DNA of 63,964 nucleotides, counting the filler, from Saprolegnia diclina VS20 (taxonomy: Eukaryota): NCBI RefSeq assembly GCF_000281045.1. It is 11 parts of 2 records of this genome, joined end to end, with 100 filler letters (N's around TTAATTAATTAA, not from the genome) between each part and the next. Parts side by side here need not be neighbours in the genome. Positions count along the whole stretch, not along the records: positions 31,543 to 57,085 come from NW_008246068.1; 10 more parts are not named here. One strand, written 5' to 3'. This document shows, piece by piece, positions 33,037 through 44,713 of this stretch; position 1 is the stretch's first letter, and each line of letters opens with the position of its first letter. Position numbers and translations under genes: made by a program. A model generated the notes under the pieces. That model saw nothing but the letters and a program-made list of their open reading frames with translations, was not told the DNA's origin and searched no databases.

Positions 33037-35881
33037 ATGTTCGCGCCAAGTCTCGTCGACTACTTCCTCGAGGTCGTCATTGCCGGTGCGAATGCGTCGT
33101 CGTCATTCCCACAACTCGACTTGTCCATGGTTCGTAGACCCCGTTGGCACGCCCGTGCGCTCGATCGCCCACCGGGTACCTGCGCTCGATCGACCGGGGT
33201 TCCCGCTGCCCGACGGTGTCCGCTACGTCTGTGCCTCGACCTTGCACCTCGGCACTCTCATGGACGCGAGTAGTTTTGCCTCCCCGACAAGATCGACCTC
33301 CGCGACCGCGCGCTGTACGAGAAGACACCCAAGTTCCACGCCTTCACGCTCACGGGTGGTGACGGGTCGCGCGCCTACGGCTTTGCGCTCACCACGTACT
33401 CGCACGCATGTGACGCCACGCTGTGTCTACCGCGCGTCTTCTGCTTCATCTCCCATTTTGCGCTTTTCGGGCTCTTCAAAGAAGCCTTGGGGTACGCTCC
33501 GTGCGTTCGCGGCAGGAGTTCAGGGTGCAGTAGATGGATCTACCACGCGCAGGCTACCGAGGAAGCCAACCCCGACGACGTGTGGCTCGCGTCTCCCCGT
33601 GCCGGAGCCCTTGCCTTCCTCGAAGCCAATCCCGCCAACAACAACCACAGCAGCCACGACGACACACCGGCATGCAGTTTTGGCAGACGTCGACGTGGTA
33701 GCTGAATATATGTAGGCAACGTCGTGGCGCGACGCGATCGTCGACTTGGTGCGTCGGGCGCCGGCGCCCGTCGTTGGCGCGACGACCGAGTTTTACATCC
33801 ACGGGCAACTGCTGTTTCAGCAGACGCTGCACACGAGCGGCCTCGGCTATGTCGACGATGCGTGTTATCAGCTCCTCTTCCAGCACCTCAGCATCAAGAA
33901 CATCATCTTCATCTTGAACTGCATGCTCTTGGAGCAGCGCATCTTGATCCATTCGTCGGTATGGCTTTCATCTTTTTCCAAAGACCCAAGCGAACCTTCG
34001 GAATGTGTAGCACCACGGACTGCTCACGCCCGTGTGCGAAGCGCTCTGCGCGCTGCTGTACCCATTTGCGTGGGAGCACGTGTACATTCCTCTCCTGCCG
34101 ATGAAGCTCATTGAATATTTGCAGGTCGACTCGATCGTCGAATGTCATTTGAACGTTTAGTGTGTAGGCGCCGGTACCCTTTTTCATGGGCGTGCACACG
34201 AGCTACCTCACGACCAAGAGCGGCGCCGACGTCTTTGCCTCGTGCGTCGTGATCCACCTCGATAAGGACAAGGTCGTGCGCCCCATCCACGGCAGCCACG
34301 GGCTCCAAAGTGCATTGGACCACCCCGTGGCCAAGTTTCCGCCGACTGCCGTCTCCTTACTCCAGTGCAAAGTGCAAGCCATTCTCGACTTGCACCAGCC
34401 AATTGCGAGCGCCCCCACAGGTTCAATGGTCCGTTGCATTTGGGTCTTGACAATGCGTCGTGTAGCCGACGCCAACCGCGTTCGCTCCCGCCGCAACGCT
34501 CGCACGTCCGATGTGCTTCGCATCGACGATGCGTCGTCCGAGGTCGACGTGACCTTTGGCCCCGGACCTGTACGCCTCAAGGCGACATTCTACGAGTACT
34601 GATGCGTCGGAGTTAGCTCGGCATCACGTTCGAGCCGACCCACGTGCGACTGCTGGCGACTGGCGCCGACGTCGCGCACCCGACATCGGCCGTCGTCAAG
34701 GCCTTCCCACAGCTCCAGAATGGTCTCCCGGGGCCGGCTGCGCTCTCGGGCGTTCTGCACATCGGGAGCTTCCTCCTCAGTGTCAACGGCGTCTCGACGC
34801 TCTCGCTCTCATTCGAGGCGACGTGCGATCTTCTTCGGACGCAGCCACGACCACTGCGCCTTCGCTTTCAAAATGCACCTCGTCCGTTTCCGAACGCCTG
34901 TCGGTTTGCTGCTCGCGTGCAAACCTCGGCCTTTCTGTCTGTGGCGCCAGTGCCAAAGGTGGTGCCGGCAACGACGACGCCGATCACGCCGTGGGTCGAC
35001 CCCGTGCGCGTCGCGTTTGCAGGGTTTTTTGTTGACCTTTTCCGCGGGTATGCGCAGTACATTGTTGTGACGCCGACGCCGGCGCCGCAACTGGCAGCCC
35101 CGCGGTCGCCACAGCACAGTCGGCGCAACAGTCGCCAGCGCCAGGCGGCCGTTGCGATCACTTTTGATGCCGACGCCTTTCTTGGTCAACTGTACGCGAC
35201 GACGACGACCTTCTATCGCGCCTTCTTCGAGACGCAGGCGTTCCAGGCCTTGATCAACGACACGGCCCTTGGGAGCCTGGAGCAGGACGACGGTGTACCG
35301 GCGCCTGCGCTCGACCTCTTCTTGACCTGCTGCGCCGACGACGTCTCGTCGCTTCGGGCGTGCCTGGGTCGTGATGTGTCGGCTCTGACGCGTATAATCA
35401 CGTGGCAGTTTCCGGCACCAGTGGCAACAACGAATGCCCGTCGCAAGGTTGTGATGGCCATCGATGTCGACCACACCACCGACGACATTCGGGGTGTGGA
35501 TCTCTTGGTGGAGACAGCGCCGGCGAAGCGAGCCTCGGCCACCCGGCAGCTGGAAATGATGATCTGCGGTGCCATCGAGCGTCCCGAGGTAGGTGTTTCC
35601 GGCAACAGCGCAAAGACATCGCCGCGTTGTAGCTCGACGGGCCCCCGAGTGTGCAGCGACGCCGTCGGTCCATGAATGCAAGCTCGATGGCGGACCTCGA
35701 CAATGAACTCGCGAGCGGCGCAAGAAGCAATCAGGTCGAGACCGGCCTCCCGTCGTTGCCGCTTCGGAACAAGCTCGCTGTGTACGTGGCCAATGACGAG
35801 CGACTGAAAAGTGGATCTCGCCGACTTTTGCGTAGGCTGTCCAAGAGCTTGCTCCAGCGAAAGACCAAAACCCTCGCGTAG
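33037..35881 (+). CDS. DENN-domain (Rab GEF-type) protein with PDZ-like insert, multi-exon
   Basis: uDENN LVDYFLEV and FTLTGGDGSRAYGF; DENN LLEQRILIHS, LLYPFAWEHVYIPLLP and APVPFFMGVH; PDZ-like GPLGITF..LLSVNG; dDENN FFVDLFRGY and FFETQAF. Exon borders are approximate. Confidence 0.88.
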
Positions 35882-36125
35882 TAGCGCTTTATGCATTCGA
35901 TTTCATAGTTGGTCTTTGTTGCGCCGGGCTCGCAGCTCGTTAGCGACGCACGCTCGCTTTGGCCGGGCAAGTCCCTTTGACGATTGTGTTCCGCGGAATG
36001 GAGGAGCAATACTGAAACTCATTTCTCAACGCACCAGAGTTCTGCAGCGCCGAAGAAGGAAGGATCGTCGCAATGGCCCTAGTAGGTATGGAGGCGCATA
36101 GCATCGACCAAGAAAAGACAGCGCC

Positions 36126-36252
36126 TCGGCCAAGGGCGATCTGGCGCGCAAGCAAACTTGAGCAGTCGGCAAACCCACGCTGGAATCGGCCAAGCGGTAC
36201 CGCCGATCTGGCGCAAGCAAACTTGAGCGGTCGGCAAACCCACACTGGAATC
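36126..36252. repeat. Imperfect tandem duplication (~60-67 bp unit x2)
   Basis: tcggccaag..gatctggcgc..aagcaaacttgagcNgtcggcaaacccacNctggaatc occurs twice. Confidence 0.8.
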
Positions 36253-37662
36253 TTCCATCGCTTCATTCAAGCGCGAAACGTCATCTCGTCGAACCGCGGC
36301 CTTGGCCATGCCGCAAGCCTTCCTCGTGTATCTTGTGGTGCTTCTTAGGGTCATGGCGCTCGTGGAAGCGCGCGCGGAAGAGTGCGATGCCTTGGATGGC
36401 AGCGACGACTGGCCCACGACCGGCTCATTCTCTACTTTCACAAACAGCTCTTGTCGTACAGCCTCCAGCTGACCCAAATCGCACGTTGAGCGCCACCGAA
36501 TGCGCAGCGCTCGGGTTCGAGTACAGAGGCGTCCTGGAAGCGTCGGTGGGCGCTTTCCCAGCCTCCAAGTACCTCGATCCGCGCAGCTCCCCGCCAAACG
36601 ACCCTCGCACAACGTGTTCTTCACCGCGTCAATCGTCACGTACAGGGCTCTTCTCTACCAGTGATCGAAAGCATCTCGCTGACGCGATACCGCCCAGGCC
36701 AGCGCTACGACTAGCACGTCGACGCATACAGCGTCACCACCGGCTGCTCCATGCCTCGCCTTGCCAGCAGCAAAGGCAGACGTACCGCGCTATTTCAAGC
36801 AAGCACCGAAAGGTCTACGCGGTGCGTGGACAAGCAGCAGACCTTGCGCCGTCTTTCGCCGACATGACTTGTAGGAGAATGTCCACCGGTCGTGGCAAAG
36901 CGCCCGTTGGATTCGATTTCTGTATGCGGATGTCTGTGAGCTGGCAGGCTGATGCCTCATTATTATCCGAACAAACTCCAACGGCGAGATGGCAAGCGAC
37001 ATATGCAACGGCGTGGGGTTTTCGAGCGTCCCAAGACCAAGCCGCGCCCAGTCCCAGGCAATTGGCGGAGCCCACGGCAAGCTTTGACGAGAGTCATGGC
37101 GCACGGTGCATCAAGCGCCCCAAGAAGTATACTAGTACGACCGAGCTCAGTACAATTGCCTAGTGTCCGAACATATATGTTCTGCTAGGCCGGTCGAGGT
37201 GACGACGAGCTATCGATAACCATAAAGTTGTCAGATTCGCTGTGTCTCCAACAACAATGGATCGGCCACGCTGTGATTCGGTCTGGCCGATTTGATTGGC
37301 TGGTACAGAATGATGGTCTTTTGCGATTTGCTGCTTATCCGGAAGACGCGCCTGCCCATCAAAACCAAACGGCAATCTGAGTGTTTAACCCATTTATTTA
37401 ACGCGTTTTTGACAATGCGTCGTCAGACAAGGATGCAGCCACCGCGTTTTGCGAGGCCTTTCAACGGCGCACCATAAGTGTACGTGTCCTTGGTATATAA
37501 TCCGCTGCCACAGTCGTCGCCACGCTTCTTTGTACAAATAAACGTATCGGACAGCAACACCCCCACGACGTTGATCGTTAAACGTCCTTGGACCCAACGC
37601 GTCAATCGACTAAAACCTTGAACTTGGACTGGCGTTTGTCTGATCCGACTCGACTGCAGACG

Positions 37663-38298
37663 ATGCTGGACGGCGATAGCGAGACGGTGCTCTACAAGCG
37701 CGAGTCCATCGGGCGCAAGGCCGTCGGCGTCTGCGCGCTCATCGCGAGCGCAGCGACCGTGCCCTTCAAGGACGCGATCGCAGGCAAAGTCGCGGGCGGC
37801 GTCGCGTGTATGGTGCTCTACTTTTCCATCATGGACATGTCGTACAGCTACAACGTCAAGCGCTTCACGGGCGTCGCAGGCGCCTTGACGCTCTTCATTG
37901 CTGGCGCGTGGCTCGCCTTGAGCCCGGTCTTGCCCGAGTGCGAAGCGTCAACGTGCACGGCCGCGTACATTGCGATCGTTTTTCTCTTCCTCGCGGCCGT
38001 CGTGCAGGCCACGTCGCTTCGGTTTGTGAGCCCACATGCGCCGTCCGTCTCGAGCGAAGACATCTTCACACGCAAGCGGGCCGAGGAGGTCCTCCAGTTC
38101 CAGCTGCGCCTCGACGTTGTGTTTGCAGGTCTCTTTACCATCGCCGCCGTCGTCATGTCCTCCGTCGCGCCCAACGCGACAGCATTTGTCGTCGCGGCCT
38201 TTCTGCAGGCGCTGCAGACCGCCGGCACCTACGTCATCCTCCAGAGCGTTCGCCGAACCGACACGCGTATCGAGGCCACCTACATCGAGTCCGTGTAG
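37663..38298 (+). CDS. Uncharacterised multi-pass membrane protein (~6 hydrophobic segments)
   Basis: 211-aa ORF with coding-like GC3 bias and several long hydrophobic stretches. Confidence 0.75.
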   Translation: MLDGDSETVLYKRESIGRKAVGVCALIASAATVPFKDAIAGKVAGGVACMVLYFSIMDMSYSYNVKRFTGVAGALTLFIAGAWLALSPVLPECEASTCTAAYIAIVFLFLAAVVQATSLRFVSPHAPSVSSEDIFTRKRAEEVLQFQLRLDVVFAGLFTIAAVVMSSVAPNATAFVVAAFLQALQTAGTYVILQSVRRTDTRIEATYIESV

Positions 38299-38619
38299 CG
38301 GACGTGATGTGCTATGTGTAACCAAAATTGTATTGTCAGCGCCCTGTCTTCACATATAGGGACGTAGCGTTGGCTACCGTAATGTACTGGGTCGTAGACC
38401 CATTTTGGGGGTCATAGTTCGCGCTTGGGTACGCATCGGCTTGACCATGTTATACGAGTCGTCCTTGCTGACACGCTCGGTGGCAGCGCTGAAGGTGCCA
38501 TTACGCCCTCGGTGAGCTATCTGCAGTTGATATCCGAGAGCCGAGCAAGCTCTGGAGCGAGCGCTCTTCTCGGTCAAACAGAAGAGAGCATGCTATTAGA
38601 TTGTCTACTGTATGAAGAT

Positions 38620-39839
38620 TTAAGATTTCTTCTTGAAGCTAAACCCGGATTTGATTTGATCCAGGAGCGACTTGCGCGCCGGCGGTGGCGGCGGAGCTTC
38701 AACACCCGGTGCCGGTGCGGACGTCATTTGCGACGGTGGCGGCATGCCGTGCGGCGTTCTCGATTTCCGCGCTTTCTTCAGAGGCGACCCGGGTGCCTTC
38801 AGCGGAGCTTCGGCGGTCTGACTCGGCGGCGGCGCCAGCGACGACTGGCTTAAATACTGGCTCGTTTGGTCGAGCACCGCTGGCGAGTGGCCTTCCGCCG
38901 TCATAAAGTTCTTGACTTCGTCATGCGAGAGCCCGAGCTTGAGGAGGTTGTTGAACTTGGCGCACATTTCAAAGTCGATGGCGCCGGGCGCGGGCAGCGG
39001 TGCCAATGACGACGCTGTTGGCGGCGGCGGTGGCGGCACGTCCGAGGTCGGCGCTTCGACGTCGTCCGTGTCGTCGTCGTCGCCCTTTTTCTTGCGCTTG
39101 GATTTCTTCTTCTTCTTTTCCTCCTCCTTCTTGGCCTCGTCGAGCGACGCCGTCAAGCGCGTCTCAATCTTGTGGGCCTTGAGGTGCTCCCGGTACTTGG
39201 GAAAGTTGCGTGCGTCCAGTCGCGTCCGGCGCGGGTCGGTCAGGTACGAGATCGGTGGCACGTCCGGTTTGCCCGACGGTACGGTGGGCAGCGCGCGGTG
39301 GGCCTTGGCCCGCGCTTCGTACTCTTCCTGGCGCTTCTTCTCCTTCTCGAGCGCCCGCGCAGCCTTCCGCTTGTGCTTCTGCAGCTTGAGGCCTTCGTGG
39401 CTCTCGGGCTCGGTCACCGCAGTGATCGACTTGACCCATAGCGTGCCTTCGATGCGGTTGCGCGCGGCTGCCGGCACCTCGCTACCTTTTTGTGTCACGA
39501 TCTTGAACGAGTTTTCGTGAGCACCAAACATCGTCTCGCCGCTCCACTCCTACGTGGCAGGTCGAGAGCTGCGCGTGATGTGCAGTCATGGATCTGGCGG
39601 CGACGTACCTTGACCTTGACGACGCGCGTCTGCTTGACCGTCGTGCCGGGGCGGGCGGTGGCCGAGGCTTCGTCCGCATACAGCCGCAGCACGCCCGTGT
39701 CCGTGAAGACGCCGTAGTACTCTTGGCTACACAGATGCATGAGACCAAGAGCTGCATGGGCGAGACGCATGTACAAGGAGAGCGCGAAGCGCAGTTGCAG
39801 GAGGCCCTCGTACAGCACGTCGCCCTCGTCGTCGGCCAT
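38620..39839 (-). CDS. PH-domain / poly-proline / C-terminal WH2 protein (putative actin regulator), 3 exons; introns ~39727-39774 and ~39550-39608
   Basis: Spliced N-terminus VLYEGLLQLR..GVLRLYADE..NSFKIVT..WVKSI (PH-like), PPPPP tracts, and terminal RKSLLDQIKSGFSFKK (WH2-like). Confidence 0.8.
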
Positions 39840-40546
39840 GCTGCGTTATGCTCTCGCGTTGGTCACACTGTGAGCGCTGGCACGTGGCAGCGTTATAACA
39901 CGGATGCGTAACATACTCACATTATTTTATGTGCTCCGTGTATTACGAAATAGTATTAAAACGCTACAATCGTTTCTTGGCCACTCTATTTCCTACTGTC
40001 TCGTGAATAGTGTGCGGGTGGCGGCCACGCCCATCCTGCTTGGTGGATGGCTGTCTCGTCGTCGTGGCCGGCTGGAATCGAACGACCACATCAACATGCA
40101 GCTTCGCGACGCAGTCGATGACGATGGGCGACGAAGCAGCGCCTCCTGCAAGCTTGACTGGTCAAGAGCACTGCCCCTTCCTCCTCCGCTCATGATGCTG
40201 AAGCAGCAGATGTCGTCAGGCAGTGGGAATTGTTGAGCATATCACTTTGCGCAGTGCAATGACAAGCCTGGCCTCTCAAGACAACCGGTATCGCTTGGCC
40301 GCCGGTGCTCATCGTGGGCAGGACAGCTGGGCAGGTTGGCGCAGCACGGGCGTGCGTGCGCCGGGTTGACCCAGTTGCCACCCTCGCGACCGCGATGGTC
40401 CGCGCCCCGAGAGGTACACTGTATGAGCCAGGTGGTGGCACTGCACGTAGGGACGCCAAGGCGTCGGCGGCACCCACGGAGGAAGTCGGAGGATGCAGAT
40501 ACCAACTACCAACGGTTTATATATATGTGAGAGAGATTGTCGCCAG

Positions 40547-41245
40547 CTAGATGTTGCCTGGCTTTTGTCTGAAGTGATGCTTCATGCCGAGCGAGAAGCA
40601 GCCTCGGTCGATCATTTGGTGCGGAGGAATAAACTACGCACAGCCGATGCGTAAGATACCACCTTGGTACACGAAGCATCATCGTACCTGGTCGTCGTCC
40701 TTCTCCATGCTGTCTAAGTGGTCTAAATGCCGCCGGTACCGGTCCGCGTCGTCGTACTCGCTATCGTACGACGGCTTGCGTCCGTGGGGCAGTGGCACCA
40801 TCGGCACGGTCGACTGCGTCGGCGTGGACGATGGATGCAACGGGATCTGGATCGGCCCGGACGACGGGTGCGCCATCGACATGGCCCGCAACCGCCGGGT
40901 CTCGGTCTCGGTCGGGCTGCGTCGCTCGTGGCGCGTCGTCTCGTCGCCGCCGTTGGCGATGTGCAACCGGCTCAGATACTTCATGCGCCACTTTTGCTCG
41001 TCGCCCGATAAAAACGACTTGTTGGGCATCGACTGGCTTCGCAGAAGCTGGTCGGTCTCGGTCCGCGCATCGACGACGGCGCGCGCGCCCGGGATCGCAT
41101 GGCCCGCAGGTTCCTTGAGCTTCTGCAGCACTTGCTCGTCGAGGAGGTAGTCCATCATGTCGGGCTCGACGTGGTCCATGATGAGGTCGTCGTCGCCGCC
41201 GAAGAGGACGTCCGACTCGTCCATCTCAAAGTCGGTCATCGTCAT
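40547..41245 (-). CDS. Small disordered protein with S40/PRAS40-like motifs, 2 exons (intron ~40634-40687)
   Basis: MTMTDFEMDESDV...RSQSMP...RAMSM..SGPIQIP...DDDQ spliced to FIPPHQMIDRGCFSLGMKHHFRQKPGNI*. Confidence 0.75.
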
Positions 41246-42187
41246 GCTGCTGCCGCTGCCCGCGGTTCAACTTGTCGACGAAAATCGAAATAAACTCCAG
41301 CTGCCCTTTTGCCTTGGAATTTGTATGGAGGACCGATCGACCATATGATTGGTCGACCTGGTTGAACCTTGGCAATCCCGTTTCCGGCAGAGCGATACAA
41401 AGAGTAAGTCGGCGACTTTAACGCGTAAGACGTATTGCGTTTTATCGGCGCGCGGCGGCTTCTTGTGGCCGCAGAAGCCTCGCCAGGCGGAGCACTTCGG
41501 AACAAACACTACTTGCGCGACGCCCAGCACCAGTATCGCCCAAGCTTGACCCACGACTGCTTCTTGACAGGCGAATCAGCTTCCGACGTGCAGTCGACGG
41601 CGCTGTTCTACGAGGACAAGACCATAGATCTTGCATTTTCCAGCATTTTCGCTGGCGGCAACGATGCTATGGGATCATTTCTAGGACGAATTAAATCAGT
41701 TCATATTCGTCTACGGTGTTGCTCGCAAGGGCAGACAATACGCACTCGATGCCGGCAAGGGACACCGCATAGCAGCAATGTGACATCGCTGGCGCACGGC
41801 CACCGACCTGTGTATCCTATCCTGCGGTTTCAATGGCGCTAAACGTTTCGGTTTAACGTTTAACGTGATGACGGACTGGTTTTGCGCGCATTTTCCTACG
41901 TTTTTTCCACTCGCAGCTGCGTCGACGCAGTGGAATTTTCAGCGATCCTGAGACCGAATTAAATAAAAAATATTTTTAGAAGCGAGGCCGTGGTTCTTGT
42001 GGTCGGCCTGCGGCAGGGTGGCAGGCAGGCCGAGGTACCCGCGCAGTAGCCAGCGCCGGTGGCCGCCTAGTCTGTCGTCCGAGGTTGCGTCGACCGAGCG
42101 CGATGGGCAGGCCTACCTATGTGCTACTTCAAGGCGAAATCAGATGCAACCTCCTTCAACCACATCGTTTTGATTCTCTACTCAGGA

Positions 42188-43792
42188 CTACCTGCAGCTA
42201 CTACGCTGCTTTGTCACGATCATGGATGGCCACGCGCGAATGAGCCGGGCCGCGGTCTCGGCGAAGGCTTCAAAGTGCTCGACGCCCGGCGCATCGAGGC
42301 GGCGCGGCGCAGCGTCGGCCACCGACACGGCGCCAATGCAGACACCGTTCGAGAGGTAGATGGCTTGGCCACGGTAAAAGCGAACGTCGGCGGGGAGCGG
42401 TAATGACAGCGTCATGTCATCCAGCACGTCATCCACGATGCTACCGCCGGCGTCGATGGCGCGGGCCACAAGCGCGTCGCCGGGCGCTGGCCCGATGATG
42501 GCCACGAGTCGGACGCCGTCTCGAGTCGCGAGATGTACGCTGGCGCTACTGCACGCGATGGCCTTGACGGTAATCGCGGCCATGATCTGGAGGAGGATCG
42601 CGAGCTCTAAATCGGACGAGAGGGCGTGGAGCTGGGCGCTGGAGCAGGCGCGCCGCCGGGCGACGGGCGACGAGAGAATCTGCGCTGGCCGACGTCGATG
42701 GCGGATGGGCGACCACACCTTGATGGCATCGACGCACGTCGCGCAGACTCGCAGCGCGATCGGAGTCTGCCGTGTTGTCTCGAGAACCGAGCACGACGCG
42801 CAAACGTCATGGTCGCAGAGACGGCAAACGACCGCGGGCAGAAACACGCTAAAGCCCGTCAAGCACACGCGACAGCCGTCTTGGACAGAAGAGTCGCCGG
42901 CTTCATGCAGCGCGGGCTCGACAAGGTAGTCGGCGAGGCGAGTCCCGACAACGAGGCGAGGGATATGCTCCCAAGCATCGGCGGCGCGGAGGAGGAAGCG
43001 CTTTGCGGCGTCCTGGAGGCCGTCGACAAAGCAGTAGCCACCGAGAAAGCTGAGACGCGTTCGGTCGCCAACCGCTTGTATGTGGCACGCCATCATGAGG
43101 TTTTGCAGTCGGCGGACAAGTGGCGTGAGCACGAGCGCATCGGGATCGTCGATGGACTTGACGAGCCAGATGTAGCTACCGTCGTCGAGGCGCGCAAAGT
43201 GCTCGAGGTACAATAGTTCCTTCATCTTGGGCTTGGACTTGGTCACAAAGCGCGCTGTTCGCGCGCTCTCTTCGTACCGGAGGCGGTGCAATCCGGCCGC
43301 GAGCGTCTCGGTCGCATGCGCGTGGTGTGCTGTCGGCGTCGATATGGTCGTGGACGACGATGACGACGACGACGACGCTTCGGCGTCCGGCTCGGCACAC
43401 GACGCGTCGCTCTGGGCAACCGACCGAACGTATGCTGTATCGTCGGCAAAGACTGCGTGCCACAGTGCGTCGCTTGAGGTCCACTGCGGCGTCCAAAAGA
43501 GACGCAGCACTTCGTCTATAGACGCGGGCAGCACCTGCGCGCAATGGACGTACTGCACGTGGGCCTTGCTGTCGGCCGTGATGCTGACCTTGGCGCGGCT
43601 GCCATACTGCACGCGCTTGAGCTGGACCGCGTCGTTCTCGCGCTGAATCGCTGCATGCATGTAGCGTCCGAGCTTCCGGCCGCGGCGCCCGAGCTGCGAC
43701 GCCGAGAGGTCGGCAATGTTGCTGGAAAAGCCCCACGGCCCACTCGCGGTCGTTGTTGTCGCGGCTGCCGGCTTGCGGCTGGACCAGTACAT
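42188..43792 (-). CDS. START-like + FYVE-type zinc finger + GAF-like domain protein (oomycete-expanded architecture); start uncertain
   Basis: LPASIDEVLRLF..KELLYLEH..WLVKSID (START-like); CRVC..CRLCDHDVCASC..RVCATC (FYVE-type); VRFYRGQAI..GVCIGAVSVADAAPR (GAF). Confidence 0.82.
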   Translation of the reverse strand: MYWSSRKPAAATTTTASGPWGFSSNIADLSASQLGRRGRKLGRYMHAAIQRENDAVQLKRVQYGSRAKVSITADSKAHVQYVHCAQVLPASIDEVLRLFWTPQWTSSDALWHAVFADDTAYVRSVAQSDASCAEPDAEASSSSSSSSTTISTPTAHHAHATETLAAGLHRLRYEESARTARFVTKSKPKMKELLYLEHFARLDDGSYIWLVKSIDDPDALVLTPLVRRLQNLMMACHIQAVGDRTRLSFLGGYCFVDGLQDAAKRFLLRAADAWEHIPRLVVGTRLADYLVEPALHEAGDSSVQDGCRVCLTGFSVFLPAVVCRLCDHDVCASCSVLETTRQTPIALRVCATCVDAIKVWSPIRHRRRPAQILSSPVARRRACSSAQLHALSSDLELAILLQIMAAITVKAIACSSASVHLATRDGVRLVAIIGPAPGDALVARAIDAGGSIVDDVLDDMTLSLPLPADVRFYRGQAIYLSNGVCIGAVSVADAAPRRLDAPGVEHFEAFAETAARLIRAWPSMIVTKQRSSCR

Positions 43793-44713
43793 CGAGTGGT
43801 GGGCGGGCTGCGTCGGCGTGCTGAGCCCGATCGGCATCCTATGCTGAACCCAAAATTGCAAAGTGGGGCGTGGAATATTATTATTTGTCGCGAGCTGATT
43901 GATCCCAAGGTATCGTAACTAAGCAGCAACGAGCAAGAGCCAGAAGAAGGGCAGAAGCGGTGCAGACAAGAAGGTCGTCTCGGGTCGTCGTCGTACGAGA
44001 GTACGAGGCACTACTATATAGACAGCGTTGACGCTGCACCAAACTAATATTACAGCCTGGATAACAGGTGCGTCGGCGTCGTGGGCATCCGTGCTGCCAA
44101 CGCCGTGGGACGATCGCGCCCGTTTGTGCGACGGAGCCAAATGCGCTGCTCTGGCCATTCCGGACGTCGACGTAGGGAGAATAGTAGCCCGTAGCATGCC
44201 GTGGTTGACGATTTGGAAGTGGCAACTTCACCTTCTCACACGCCGGCGGCAGCTGCCGGCTAATAACTGTGGCATGCGGTGGTGTATCGTTGAAGATAAC
44301 CGCAGGTGCGAAGACACATGGCACGCGTCTCTCTGGACGTCGGCGCGTTCGATTTCTCGACAGGCGCAGGCGTGGTGAAGCTGGTACCGCTCTCAAGAAA
44401 TAAAGGTCCGGTCGAATCATCACCGTGTCCTCAAGCGTAGCCGAGACCAGTGGACGCGCCTGGCGCTGCACCGAGATTCGTCGAGGGTGCTTGTGATGCA
44501 TTTCCACACGGTCGTGTCGTACGCAGTGCTATCACCTCGAGGACGACGATCCTCCATCGTCTCGCCCTCCGCCCATATACGTTGTCGTCGAAATGGAGCA
44601 CACACCGAAAGCATGCACCGCACCTGTTTAGCTACCAAATCGAGAAGAAGATCCTAGACACACACACGAGACCGCGTCGCAATGTCGGCGTCCAAACAGC
44701 GACGCGGCGCGCG

